Shown here piece by piece: positions 25,070 through 37,871 of a stretch of DNA of 64,000 nucleotides. The notes below the pieces were generated by a model. That model was not told the DNA's origin. It was given only the letters and a program-made list of their open reading frames with translations, and searched no databases. Origin of the DNA: Paecilomyces variotii (Eukaryota); assembly GCA_004022145.1 (NCBI GenBank), contig RCNU01000012.1; one strand, given 5' to 3'. The number at the start of each line of letters is the position of its first letter. Within the stretch, counting starts at the first letter, position 1. A program made the position numbers and the translations under genes.

Positions 25070-26811
25070 TTATTTGAACTGATCCTCCGTCACACCTTTA
25101 CCCATGGCGCTGGTGCTGCTGACACCACCAGTCACCATCTTCAGAAGGTTGTCAACGTAGTTGGCGCCACTCCACTTCTGGTGCGTGACGACGTCGACCT
25201 TGTTGTCCATCTCGGGCTCCTGCACCAGCTCGCCGTACGCGCGCATGCCCTGCTTGGCGTACGCCTTGGCGAACGTATCCGTGATGAGAGCGGTGGTGTG
25301 GAGACCAGCCAGGGTGATGAACTGCCAGGCGTAGCCCAGCTTTCCGAGACGCTGGATGTAAGTCTCCTGCTCGTCGCGAGGCATGGCGGCCTTCCAGTTG
25401 AAGGAAGGAGACAGGTTGTACGCCAGCTTCTGCTCGGGCCAGACAGCGTGCACACCTTCGGCGAATTCCTTGGCCTGAGCGTAGTCGGGCAGCTTGCTCT
25501 CCATCCAGATGAGGTCGGCGAAGGGAGCGTAGGCAACCGCGCGGTTGACGGCACACTGGGTACCGCCACGGTAGCGGTAGTAACCCTCACGGGTACGAGC
25601 GGCTTCCCAGTCGAAGTAGATATCGACACCGGTGATCTCCTTGGCGATGGCGCGGGCCTCGCTGTTGCTCTTGCCCTTGACGGCCTGCTTGTACTTCTCG
25701 ATGAGCTCCTTCTTGTTGACGTGAACACCAGCGTTGATGGTGTCGACAACAGCCTCATCGAAGAGCTTCAGACCGGCCTGGGCGGTCCACTGATCCTCAA
25801 TGGCCTGGAGCTGGTTTCCGTTCTTTCCAGCCTGCTCCGCAGCAACCATGAGGTCGTTAAGGGGCTGCAGGTTGGGGTTGGTGGCACCAACGATGAAGGC
25901 GTGGTCACGGTGGTCAATGGTCGAGGTGATCAGGGTGGCAGCCTCGGAGTCAGTTCGGGCGATGGCGAGGAGATCGGTACCCATGATATCGGCCTGGGCA
26001 CGGATGGCAACCAGACGGTTGATGTGCTCGCTGATCGGGACCAGGACCTTTCCAGCCATGTGTCCACACTTCTTGGTACCAGGGGCCTGGTCCTCAATAT
26101 GGATACCGGCAGCACCTCTCTCGATGAAGAGCTTGGTGAGCTTCATGACGGCAGTCAGACCACCGTGGCCAGTGTCCGCATCAGCAACGATGGGTCGGAG
26201 GTAGTCAATGTTGGCAACCTTGTCACGCTTCTCCTTGGGAGTGGTGATGCGCTCCTCACGCTGCTTGCGGTCGTGGAAGAGCTGGGCCATGAAGAGCTGG
26301 TTGACCTTTCGGGGGACAGTGTCCTAGTGAACTTGTCAGTATGGTTTTAATTTGTCCATTGATTCGTGAACCAAGCAACTTACCATAGGGTAGTCTGCAA
26401 GATCGGGAGAGGGCTCGTCGGTGGAGGAGGCGGTGGAGGAGCTCTGCCATCCGGAAACGTAGACGGTCTCGAGGTACTTGGCCATCTGGGTGAGCATGGT
26501 AGGCTCGAGACAGCCATAGGTGAAGCTAGCGGTTTTGTTCTAATGCCATCACATGTCAGCAATTGCTTGTATACATCAGCGAAGGTTTCGGGACGGACCT
26601 TGAAGTTCTCCTCGACGATCTTCCAGAGCTTCTTGCTCTGCACGTTGGAGGGGTATTCAATCTTCAGGTTTCCACGCTTGGCCACGATCTGCTCAGCAGT
26701 GAAGGGACGCTTGGTGTACCTCCATCGGGGGTCTTGCCACCATCTCTTGACGGCCTCGACCTCTTCCCGGTACTGCTGGTCCTCCTGCTCGAAAAGTGCC
26801 TTGCTGCTCAT
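25070..26811 (-). CDS. acuD: Isocitrate lyase
   Basis: Signature [35 protein letters not shown], ends TEDQFK; two introns (~26599-26541, ~26382-26324); strongly biased codon usage. Confidence 0.97.
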
Positions 26812-27091
26812 CTTGGCGATGCGGTAGGGACGATAGGGATCAAGTAGGATTCCGATTGATTCTTAAGATAGATAATAGAACGATGTCCCTTGGTCGACGA
26901 CGTCAGAGGACTCGTGAAAGCGGAGCGTCAACGGACTGACGCCTTGAGATAAAAAAAAGTATATATATGTAGCCTCGTCTGTTGAGACCGGGGCTTGGTT
27001 TATGATTAAGCCTCCAAAAGGTAAAAATATAGGATAAATTGTTTTAAGAGAAATAGTTTGGAGGAAGAAATGTCAGGATCATAAATGCCAG

Positions 27092-28184
27092 CTCCAGGAG
27101 CTGGAAATCACAAGCCAAACCCGGGGTACTTATTATTCCTTCGTCCGCCATGGCGAATGCGTCAGAAGGTGCTTCCCCGGCAAACTTTCGGCTCAGCGGG
27201 ACAGCAGCTCGATTGTTACAGGCCGGTATTTCATCTGACGAAGACCGGGGGAACCCTCTGACAGGACGAAAGGCGAGACAGAGTCATAGCCATTATTATT
27301 ACTGCTGGCCCGGGTAACCATGGATTTCAAGAAGCACAAGCTGGGCCTCCGAATACAGGAAGCTCATGGGCCGATTCCAGCATCACGGTCTGTGTGTGGC
27401 TCGGGAGAGAGGATGGACCCGGCCAGTTGATCCTCGGTCTAATGGACGGTCGTGCTCCCTGCCCAGCGTCAGTACGTTTTGGGCTTAATGTCTTGCCACC
27501 AGGCCGTTCATCGTTCTGGAGAGAGCGGGGCAGTTCATGATTCACCTGTCTGTAGCAACACCTGGGCCTCTGGATTATTATTCCTCCTCCTGGCTTTCTC
27601 CGAGTTTGAGCCTTCTTTTTTCCATCCCCAAGCGCCCTTTTCTGGGGAAAATACGAGTTAGTTTGACTTAGTGGAAAGAATGATGGTGGGGGAAGACAAG
27701 CGGAATTGGGGGAGGTTGGAGAATAATACTAGTTGGAGGATGACGTCTGCTCTCTTCTGACAAAGACGGCGACAAGTCGAATGATTCTGGTAATTTATTT
27801 ATTTTACTGTTACGGCTGTCGTACCCAGATAATAATCATAATAATACGAGATGATGCGTTCTTCCGGACAGCGCCATGATTCTCGCAGGTCTCCACGACG
27901 ATGGAGTTACCAGCATTCCAGAAGACGATCGGACTCCTCCTATTATTTTCAATAATAATTCGAAAAGAAATGTGGCTTTCGAAATTCACCGAGACTTGAG
28001 TCATCCTTCCCGTCCGGTCTCGGTGCAAGTTCGCGGGCCTCCGCTGTGACCAAAAAACCGTCCGACCCCGGTATTCGGGATCCACGTACCAGTGAGTAGT
28101 AATTTGAGGGTTTTACTACGCGAGCAGCCAGTTGCTCCGTACTTGATTAGTCGATCGCTGGATATCTTTACAATTTGGCCTCGG
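27092..28184. promoter_or_regulatory. Candidate acuD upstream regulatory sites (CreA SYGGRG, FarA/FarB CCTCGG, CSRE/FacB-like)
   Basis: SYGGRG matches at 27092-27097, 27121-27126, 27175-27180 and 27245-27250; CCTCGG at 27432-27437 and 28179-28184; CGGTCTAATGGA at 27435-27446. These fit known Aspergillus acuD regulation, but the motifs are short. Confidence 0.5.
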
Positions 28185-30636
28185 CTCTTCTGATGAACCA
28201 ATGATCTCGGCCCACTGCAGATCCTCCATCAGCGTATCGATACAACTTACCGCCAGATAACTCATTACAGAGCATTACCCAGTACCAGAACTAATCATGA
28301 CTACTAGTTAGTTAGTTAGCTGCTTAGGGAAAAGTAGTAGTAGGCACGTCAGTCTGTCGCAACGTTTAGATACATCATACTAGAGTCTTCGTCTGGTTCC
28401 TATAATAGATGATTCTGGCTTGGTCCCCATGGATTCCCAGCAACCGCCATTCCGATTTCCGCCACGACGGATTCTCCAGCACGATCTGGATTGGATCTGG
28501 GGTTCCCAGTGTCTGGGGGAAGCTTTAGCATTCAAACCGTGAAATGGTATCTGCCCAACCAAGTACTGTACAACTTACTTAACATTTCAAACCTCCTGAC
28601 AGATAGAGATAATCATCATCTCCATCGCACCTTTGTTTGTGGAACAGAGTACTTACCATAGCTACTACTACTCAGAATACGTATGGTATGAGCAACTAAC
28701 AGAGTCTAGACTTACAGTATTTTTTTTACTACATTAGCAGTCTAATAATACAATATATACCAGCAGAGAAAAGTCCACCTTTAGTGCAATACGTACTCTT
28801 TTTCTCTCCCCCTTGTCCAAAGCTCCGTTGAACCTCGGCTGAAGCTCGCAGCGCGATCACCAGCCCAATCACACCGCAGATCCTTCTCTCAAACCGCATC
28901 CCATAATACGGAATCACGATCAAAAACCGGAAGAAAGGGTAATTCTAATCCAGTGGTTAGTTAAATTATCGATAAACAAATATAATACAGCTACGCGAAA
29001 TTCTGCGGGTGAGAAATAATTATTAACTATAGATGCGCTTCCGCATATCTTAATCACATTACCCTAGTTAGTTAACTATTGATTATTACCATCCCGTGTT
29101 GTTTCATTGCTTTGACTCCCCTCCCTCGGGGGATATCGGATGCATACCTGAGATGGTATCATTTAAGGACGAAAATTGTAAGTTACATATGCCACAGCGT
29201 CATTAATAATTGTATGAGGGTAGTTATATTATATCCTGCGCGGATAAAACGGACACTGTGCAGAATTCTCGCAATTATCACCATCCTATATAGTTATACC
29301 ATGCAGAGATAGTTTAAGTACATAGTCCTCATCTCGCTCGGACACACACCGAGATATTATTAACTCATTCATTCCGACCCCTGCTCTTGTATCGTTGTGA
29401 TGAAATGCAGCTGGTCCATTTAGATCAAGGATGAAAAGCAGGAGTTCGCCCTATTCTAGCTAGTATAGTAGTTGGGCAGGAAACGAATAGTTATATTTCA
29501 CCGTTGTAGTAATTAAAAGTATCATTTGTAGATTAACGATTTTATCAGACTGGTGTTGTGTGTCTCTGCATATGCCAGTAACTGCTGCTAAGAGTCCATG
29601 TGTGCATGTGTCGAAGATTGAATGGCAGCGTCAGACCTGAACACCTTGAATTGCTTGCTTGCTTCTAGGTCTAGGGAGGATTTGAACCCACATTCAACTC
29701 TATCCAGATGAGAGCCGGAAATTAAGTCCAAATACGCGATCATATCACTTAGACCACATTATTATCTGAATCTGGGATCTTTCCTTGATTGTTTCTAGCT
29801 GGTGTATTTGGGTCTCTGACGGGCTGTTAAAAGGGACAGGTATCTCTGTTAGAGCAAAAAGACTGGCATACAAGGCCTAATTAACTCAGATATTTAGCTC
29901 TTGATTCACATCATCGACATTCGCACTTTATATGTTTCTACTCTCGCAGCATAGGGCTACAATATTGACAACACTCTTTCAAAATAGATCTTTATCGTTT
30001 CGGAGATATTCATGTAGAAATCACATTGCTCTTTAATGATGCTACTGCATCTTCTATCGAGTCACAATCCCTTGCAGTCGCAGGGTCAGGCTGCATCCCC
30101 TAAAGAGTCGAGTCATCTTTCTCGTGCAATGTGTGCATCAACTTCGAATCTACTCGATTATCTTTAAATTTTTTCTAAGAATGCCGCACTCCCGATCTTC
30201 GCTCAGACCGTAGTATTCTCACTCGCTTTCTTCAATTTGCCCATGAATGCACCCCATGTAACGAAGACACATGGAGATAACAAAATTAGAATTACCTTCA
30301 AATGGAATAGAGACTGAAGAAGAATCTAGCAAACGTATCGACTTAAAAGGAAAATGGTCAAGTGCAAATGCATGAGCCACCTTCGAGTGAGATTGCCCCA
30401 GATGCGTAACAGGGAAAATAAATGAGAAACGTCACTTCGTCAGCAATCACCCGCATCGCGAAGAGCGTTGTAAAATTGTCTCCGTATCAAAACTAGGCAA
30501 GCTCAAACAGATCACGTGATGAACAAGGAGAAAGAAATATGGCTGCCTTTTTCTGTTCTTTTCTAACGTCTAAATCACAGCAGAATTAAAAATCTAGCAT
30601 CGCTCGACATGGAAGATCAATGTTTGCTTTTCGGTC

Positions 30637-33108
30637 TTAGTAAGGGTATTGCATGGAGACAGCCTTGCTGTAGGTCTCGTAGGGCGTGATGGCTCCCAGA
30701 GCACGTCTCATGTGCGCATTTAAAATATCGAGTCCGTAGACATAGCTGGCGTTGACCCAGCCGAATCTATGGTTCAAAGTTAGCGACTGAAAAGAAAATG
30801 AAAAGCGCAGTGAGACATGGCATCCAGCTTACCCTTCCCTAGGAACTCCCTTGAAATCGGTGCCTTGGTTTCCGTATTCGGCATCAACTCGGTGCGGATC
30901 GATGGGACGGGTGACGTCGTACTTCTCAACGACGACTCCGTTAAAGTCGACAAACGCCTTGGTGATCATATACAGCCACTTATAGGCTAGTCTCTCGGCT
31001 TCATCCTGGTAACCATAACGCAGTAGTCCAGTCCAGGCCAACATCTGCTGAGGCGCCCAGCCGTAAGGGTAGTCCCATTGCCGGTTGGGCCTGTCGAGGG
31101 AAATTTCACCACGCGACTTCTCCGTTCCAGAAACCAATCCACCATAGGCCTCAAATCTGGGCAACGCCTTGCGGACCAGCTCTGAAGCCTGGTGTGGAGT
31201 GGCCACGCCCGACCACATGGCCCAGAAGGTCGTCGCACTCTCGTACGAGGTGCGCACCTTATTGACGGTATCATAATCGAAGTACATACCCTCTTCGTCG
31301 TTCCACAGGTACTTGTCCATGGCCACCTTGCGCCTTCGTGCGCGACGATCCCAGACAGAAGAACTTTCATGCGTGATATGCTGGGTCGCAGGCGTGCGAA
31401 ATTCTTCAGGGATCTCCAGCTTATCGTCAAAGAATGTACGGATCGTCCGGCCAATGTCGACCTCATATTTATACAGAAGGGAATTCAGGTCAACGGTTGC
31501 GAGATTGGCACAGACCCGTTCAAGACGATAAGACGTGTCATGGCCTGATTCTCGGACAGCTCTGTCGTGTAGGAAATAGTCGTCGAGTTCAGGTTCATGG
31601 ACCTTGCCCTCGTTATAGGCCTGAACGAACTCGCGGAATGTCATACCATGCTTCTCTGCGTAGGGAGTGAGGAGATGAAGGAAGTGGGTTGGCTCCGTCT
31701 CGGGTGGGACACCCAGACCTTCTGGGCGATATCTCGACAGACCAGTCTCCTGATCAAATCGTGGCTCTGACGTCCAAACACTATAGTATTCCTTGATGGC
31801 CGCGAGGATAGCCTTCCGCAGGAAGTCAATGGCATCAGGCTCCGTCTTGATCTTGTCGTACACACGCAGTGCCATGTCGGTAAGGAACGGTGGCTGAGAA
31901 CGGTTCAGATAGTATGTTCGATTTGCATTGAGGATCTTCCCGTAATGCCTGATGCAGAAGCAGAAGTTCAGGACCATTGACTTCGCCAGATCGACCCGGT
32001 CACTGGCAATGAGACCTAACGACTCCATATAGCTGTCCCACCCATAAAGCTCATTGAAGCGGCCACCAGGGACGACGAATGGCATTCCCTGGAGTTCTTT
32101 CTTCTCGGTTGCCTCGTTGTAAACCTCCTGCATTTCCAGAGCGAGAAGACCAGGTTTGGCATTGAGGTCTCTGACATATTGCGGAGTGATTTCGTGATCA
32201 AGCAGAAGTACATCCAGGCGGAGCTCAGGATGAGACTTGGCAATATTCGTATAATACTCGAATTGTTCGGGCGCATTCGGCGGGACATAGATACGAGGGC
32301 GAGGGTCATCAGTCCAATCCTTCGGGTCTCTCCCCGCAACCTGGATGTTCGACCCATCGATCCTCCTGGTAAGATTGTTCCAGAAAGTAGTCTTGATCAG
32401 GCGAGACAGACGCGAGACAGGGTTCTCGCTGAGACGGGCCTCGTCCAAGATTACATGTTTCCGGCCATAATCTTTAGCTATAGTAAGCTCCTGCAGCAGG
32501 TTTGAAAGCATGTATGTTCCCCGCACATCGAATTTGTTGTATCCGGACGAGGCAGCCGTTCCTACTGACAAAACCTGTCCATAAGTCAGTATGTACGTCT
32601 CTCTGCAGGGCTCCTACATGAGATCGTCACGGGAACGCACCTTTGGTCCTACATCCTCGATGGTAATCTGCATGTTCTGGTCGGTGTCCTCCCTCTCCAA
32701 TAAAGTCTTCAGCGTGGCATCAACATCAATCAAAAACTTGCGGGGTTGAGCGGGCACCGGATCTATAGGTCACACAGGGCAGTCAGTATTCCGTCCAGCT
32801 AGAGAACATAGGTCCAAACCGCTAGCCAGGGCAGGGAAAACTTACCGAGACTCCCTCTCCGCGCATTCCTTCCCAGGAAGCTCTGAACATCTTCACGATT
32901 GAACGTCTTCAGGTTCTAGCAGCAAGGTAACCATTCAGTAAACTGCCAGTCCACAAGGTCATCTTTCACCCCGCATGCCACTTACCGACGAGAAGGCACG
33001 CCTGCGGTCCTTCGCGCTGCCATGCGCTTCATTCCCGTAGTAAACGTCGGGATCGGAGAAAGGGTCGCTGGATTGGTTCCGACGGTGACCGGGTTTTGAG
33101 GAGCTCAT
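30637..33108 (-). CDS. treB: Neutral trehalase (GH37, with N-terminal PKA sites and Ca-binding motif)
   Basis: ATG 33108 ([25 protein letters not shown]...RRRAFS), [45 protein letters not shown] and [12 protein letters not shown]; multiple introns; TAA at 30639-30637. Confidence 0.95.
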
Positions 33109-34161
33109 CGTATGGCTGCTTTCGGTCGGCACTTAAGCGCAACGAAGGGGGTTCCAGAACAGCAAGGGTAGCAGTTCACGAACAGGGTAGTGGTGACTAA
33201 CGCCAGAGAAGGCTTTGTTGTGAAGATGTGATGATGTGACGCCTGGACTTCCTCGTGTCTGTATGCTGTGCGCAGTATTTGTGTGTGCTGATAGCGCTGT
33301 AGCCTTAAATACTTGGGTTGACGCAAGAGCGGTCAGAGAGCTTCGATCGAGACCAGCTAAGTAGAGGAGGCGGTGGACTAAGCAAGACAAAGGGGAGGTG
33401 AGAACGGGAGACAGGAGAGAGGAGACAGGTCGCGTGAAGTGTTGTAGAAAGCGATGAGATTGTTAGAAGACTGGAAACTCGAAGATACGTTCTTTGGAGG
33501 GGTTATCAGTCCTTCGCCTCCCACGCTCGTGAGGTTTTACTCCCGTGGGAGTTTCTTCCCGCTCAGAGAGAGTGACGAAAGGGCAACCTATGATGTCGCC
33601 GCTCCACTCCAGCCCACCTTTCCTCTGTCCAGAATCTCCGGATCAATGCGGTCTTGTCGCGCAACGCTGCTTTTGTGAGAACTCTCGGCGGCTCACTCTC
33701 GACTGATTGGGTCTACACGTCCAATTACCAATTTACCAGCTGAATAACTTACCTTGAGCTGGCGAGTCTATACGTTGAGCTATACCATAAGAGTTGCTAC
33801 TACATAGTTGACTAACTATCATATGAGGGGCCATGCTGACGTATCGGGATCATCCTTCTAGATTCCTCCGACTCTCTGGCTCTGCTATTCTTGGCAATAA
33901 TCCGACGTGGGGTACCGACAAAGGTGTCGCAAGAAAGGTAATTGTTTAGTCTGCCGTTGGTAGAAGTGGCTTCCAGTCGGGCCCTCTCCCGACTACACAC
34001 GTAATACTCGACCTTTATAGGACGATCATTAGGTCTGAATATTTCTGTATTAATATGCATGGCAATTCGCTGCCATTGTGAGTATGTGCCATCAAAAAAA
34101 AACCCCCGGTCAGATCTAGAATCCCCAGCATATGCCGGACACACTGTTACACAGCCTATAC

Positions 34162-35185
34162 TCAGATTTTAGCACTGACGGCGCTACCGCCGTCCACCGT
34201 GATTGTCGCGCCGTTTACATACGACCCAGCTCTGCTGCTTAGGAACAAGCACGAGCCAGCTACATCCTCCGGGGTGCCGATACGGCCGAGTGGGATTCCC
34301 GCCTCGATGACATCGCGGAATTTGTCGAGCGTGGCTGCCATCATTTTGCTCTGGAACGGCCCGCAAGCGAGTGTATTCGATCTGTCCAGTAAGAACAATT
34401 GTCAGCCAATGGTCACGAGACCAGCAGTCGGTGAAGCGATTGTACGAACGTGATATTCCTCTTTCCTAGGTGATTTGCCAGCACTCGACTCAGGTGATGC
34501 AAGCCCGCCTTGCTGGAGCTGTATGCGAAGGTCTCAAGTGCAGGCACGCGTAGGCCGTCGATGCTGCCGATGTTGATAATCCGAGCGGGGTCTCCTTGGG
34601 TGGCTGCTTTCTCCAGGAGAGGCGTCAAGAGCTGGGTTACGAGGAAGACACGGTGGAGATTCAACGTCAGGACTCTCGTCCAGGCGGAAGATGGATACTC
34701 ATCGTAGGGGGCGCCCCAGTTCGAGCCGGAATTGTTCACAAGAACGTGCAGTTCTGCGCAGTAAAAGGATCCGTCAGATGAAAAAGCCGCTTCACGAGAT
34801 CGACTCGCTCTGCGAGTAACGAAACTTACTGCTTTCTCTCTTGGCAAATTCCTCGACTAGCCTCTTGCAGTCGTCCTCCTTGTAAAAGTCCGCCGGGATA
34901 GCATATGCCCTGCCCTTCCCCAAGGCATTGAGCTCGTTCACGGCTTTGTCGCAGGCCTTCGCATCTCGTGAAGTGATATAGACGGTTGCTCCGTTCGCGA
35001 CATAACCTTCAGAGATCATTCGACCAATACCCTTTGCGCCGCCGGTGACCAGCACCACTTTGCCCTATAGAAGTATAACACGCCTTCAGTATTCGTCTCT
35101 GATACCAAGAATCGGTACAAGTTACCGACCATTTTCAGGAGTTGATGATCCCTACCTCGACGTTGAACAAACTCCTGAGATCCAT
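34162..35185 (-). CDS. Short-chain dehydrogenase/reductase (RhlG/FabG-like) with PTS1-like C-terminus (-AKI)
   Basis: ATG 35185 (MDLRSLFNVE|GKVVLVTGGAKGIG), NNSG, YSSSK catalytic motif, VNGATITVDGG; three introns; ends SAKI-stop. Confidence 0.9.
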
Positions 35186-35718
35186 ATTGTATCGAACAAA
35201 CAATAGCTATAGTCAAAGTACGGGTAGTATTATTCAAAGGAAAGCAGAAATATCAAATTATCATTTTATTTTGATCTGCGGAGAAAGCTACCCCCCATAT
35301 TCTTATCCGATGGGCTGGCCTCGATCCGGAATGGGACCAACAACAATACCGAGGCTCATTGGGACGGAATAATGTTTACTCCGGACAATTATGTCATTTC
35401 TCCTTTTGGAACTAAATTAGGGCACGGTCGTCAGGGTTCGCGGGGCATGGATGCGCTACTCCAGTTCTAGTGATGTGATAACTAAACCTCTTGGAAAGAT
35501 CTCGCCTTCTCTCCAAGCATCATCTTTGATACCCGATTAATTCTTGCATCTACCATAGATTTTTTTACGCATCATATGCATTTCCTCCCTATTACAAACT
35601 AAGAAATCCGTCTTCAATTTTATTCTCATTTTCCCTCAAAAGAGGCCCTGACAAAAAAAAAAAAAAAAAAAAAAAACTAGAAATTATATAAACCTTTAAA
35701 AAACACCCCCAAAACAAG

Positions 35719-36723
35719 ATGGAAGAATTACAAGCCAAACACCGCAAAGAACAACGAGACCTGCAAGCGCGTATCACTCAGAAAAAGAAATCCGCTACGA
35801 AGAAGACTCGCAAGGGCGTCAACGATGAATGTGAGCGACTACAGCGCGAACTGGCAGAAAAGCAACAGGCGGAGATTCGTCAGTTGAATGGAGAGCCGCC
35901 TGAACCGCCTGTTGATGGACTTGATGAGCTCGCGTTGAGTGATGATAATGATCTGGATAAAAAGGAGGAGGAGGAGCGTTCAGTAGCAGCGGCGTCGGAA
36001 GAGAAGACGGTTGAGGAGGGAAACAATACTCCGCAGGCTACTGCTGCTACTGCTGCTGCTGCTGCTGCTAGGCCGGTGAAGAAGCCGAATCGTCAAAAGG
36101 CGCGTCTTGCGCGACGGGCTGCAGAGCAGGCTGCGCAGGCTGCGGCCGCTGCTGATGAAGCTGCGAATCAGACGGATCGTCGCGGAAACGAGAAGGAGGT
36201 GATGGACGCGACTTTCAAGCGGCTTGGTCTGCGGGAGTTGGAGATCAACCCGGATGGACACTGTCTCTACTCTGCTATTGCTAGCGAGCTGGATGAAATG
36301 GGGCTTGGTCTGAGACCGGATCCGAATAGGATCCTTCTGCCGTCGACGACCCAGTCGCGGATTGATACGGTGGCGTCGCCTAAGCATGATGGGTACCGTG
36401 CCGTGCGAGCTGTGGCAGCGGATTATATCCTCGAGCACAAGGATGACTTTGAGCCGTTTATGGAAGAGCCTTTGGACGAATATACGAGGAAGATTCGGCT
36501 AACGGCTGAGTGGGGTGGGCAATTGGAGCTACAGGCCATCGCGAGAGCGTATGGCGTAGAGATCAACGTCGTACAGAGTGATGGAAGGATAGAGAAGATC
36601 GAACCGGGAGATACAGACGACTTGGATGAAGAAGAGAGAGGCAAGCGCAAGATCTGGTTGGCTTACTACAGACACACCTATGGCCTAGGAGAACACTACA
36701 ACGCTCTACTCAAGAAACCTTAA
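35719..36723 (+). CDS. OTU2: OTU-domain deubiquitinase (Otu2/OTUD6B-like)
   Basis: MEELQAKHRKEQRDLQ N-terminus, INPDGHCLYSAIA catalytic Cys motif, WGGQLEL, YYRHTYGLGEHYNAL. A 24-nt poly(A) tract lies upstream (35653-35676). Confidence 0.92.
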   Translation: MEELQAKHRKEQRDLQARITQKKKSATKKTRKGVNDECERLQRELAEKQQAEIRQLNGEPPEPPVDGLDELALSDDNDLDKKEEEERSVAAASEEKTVEEGNNTPQATAATAAAAAARPVKKPNRQKARLARRAAEQAAQAAAAADEAANQTDRRGNEKEVMDATFKRLGLRELEINPDGHCLYSAIASELDEMGLGLRPDPNRILLPSTTQSRIDTVASPKHDGYRAVRAVAADYILEHKDDFEPFMEEPLDEYTRKIRLTAEWGGQLELQAIARAYGVEINVVQSDGRIEKIEPGDTDDLDEEERGKRKIWLAYYRHTYGLGEHYNALLKKP

Positions 36724-36858
36724 GGCTGCAGGGTTTGGTGGTATTATCACAGTCGCGTCTCAATGGGTTTCGAAGAAGCCGATTTATTTCTTTCATAGAG
36801 AATCGCGACAACTCGATTTCGAGTGCAGCCAAGGTATCCAATCGACGGTTTATCTTAA

Positions 36859-37871
36859 TCAGTGCATACGCCACACGGAAACGCGGTCTCGCACTACTCC
36901 AGATTCGTCCTTACCCACGTCGTGTGTCCGCTCGGGCTGCCAGAAGGATACTCGTTCCATTCCGTTGTCGCTTGCGGGCCGTAGGGGGTTGGCCTTGACC
37001 CGGCCTTTATCATCATACGGTATCTCCTCGCCCGGGTAGCTGAGATGCTCCATATATGCGTCCGAGGGTGCGGCAAATGGTGGACCAGGTGCCAAAGGAT
37101 CCTTGTGTGTCGGAAATTCGAGGCAGATCAGATTACCCCGCGGTGCAGGTGCCAGCAGTTCGGTGTGACGGAGAGCCCATTTGGGTCGCATCGATGGATT
37201 CAGTGCGCAGAAGAACTATAGTCCCGAAAGAAACCGAGGCAGAGACGTCCTGTCAGAATTGAGTTCTTTCCCCCATTTTGCATAGCAGGTATAGAAAGCA
37301 TTGCGAGCATTGGATTCGACAAATAGAGCAAAGAATAGAATAATATATGAACAGCGAATAGCAAAGGGGATCCCAGGGTGATAAATACCGTGTAATCGTA
37401 GACCAGATCGAAGCCGTTGCGCGGAACTCCAATCTTCTCCAGCCAGTCGTCCTGGAAGAAGTCGCCCTGGACGAATGTCACGGATCCCCGTCCAATCTGC
37501 GGATCCCGCACCGGGTACTTGTCTGCATTCTTCGCTTCCTCTTGCTTGCAGGCCTCGATGGCAGAGGCACTGTATTCGAGTCCGTAGGCATCATATCCAA
37601 AGCTGGCCAGGAGCAGCACGTCAACCCCCCTCCCGCAACCTGGAACCAGGGCCTTCTTCCTCTTGATTCCGTCCTCTATCGTCTCCACGGGCTTTCCAAG
37701 CAGGGCTCGACCCTGCGTCAGGGTGTCTTCCAGAGCTGGGTTAGGGAATCCCCTATCCCAGGGAAGGACATCACCACGGTTCCAGAGCTCTTCCCAACCG
37801 TCCCTGTAACGCTCACCTGGGTACTTCGACAGGCGCTCATGCAGAATGGCGGTTGGCTCCGGATTGGACAT
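36859..37871 (-). CDS. Halide/thiol S-methyltransferase (TPMT family, Aspergillus HMT-like)
   Basis: First ATG 37871 (MSNPEP); GWEELW..LPWDRGFPNPALED, ALVPGCGRGVDV, GDFF, YDYT|FFCALNPSMRP.WA across an intron (~37387-37216), LICLEFP and GPPF. It may be extended 5' to GTG 38000 (see findings). Confidence 0.9.

Noticed and set aside
25040-25075. Possible stop-codon readthrough giving isocitrate lyase a cryptic PTS1
   Set aside because: The stop is TAA-GGG, not the TGA-CTA readthrough context, and the extension (GVYFSK) is not a PTS1.
24923-26350. 475-aa plus-strand ORF antisense to isocitrate lyase
   Set aside because: Shadow ORF expected from strong codon bias in a highly expressed gene; no motifs of its own. 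The same applies to antisense ORFs over ISWI, the protease, AP-3 mu and GGT.
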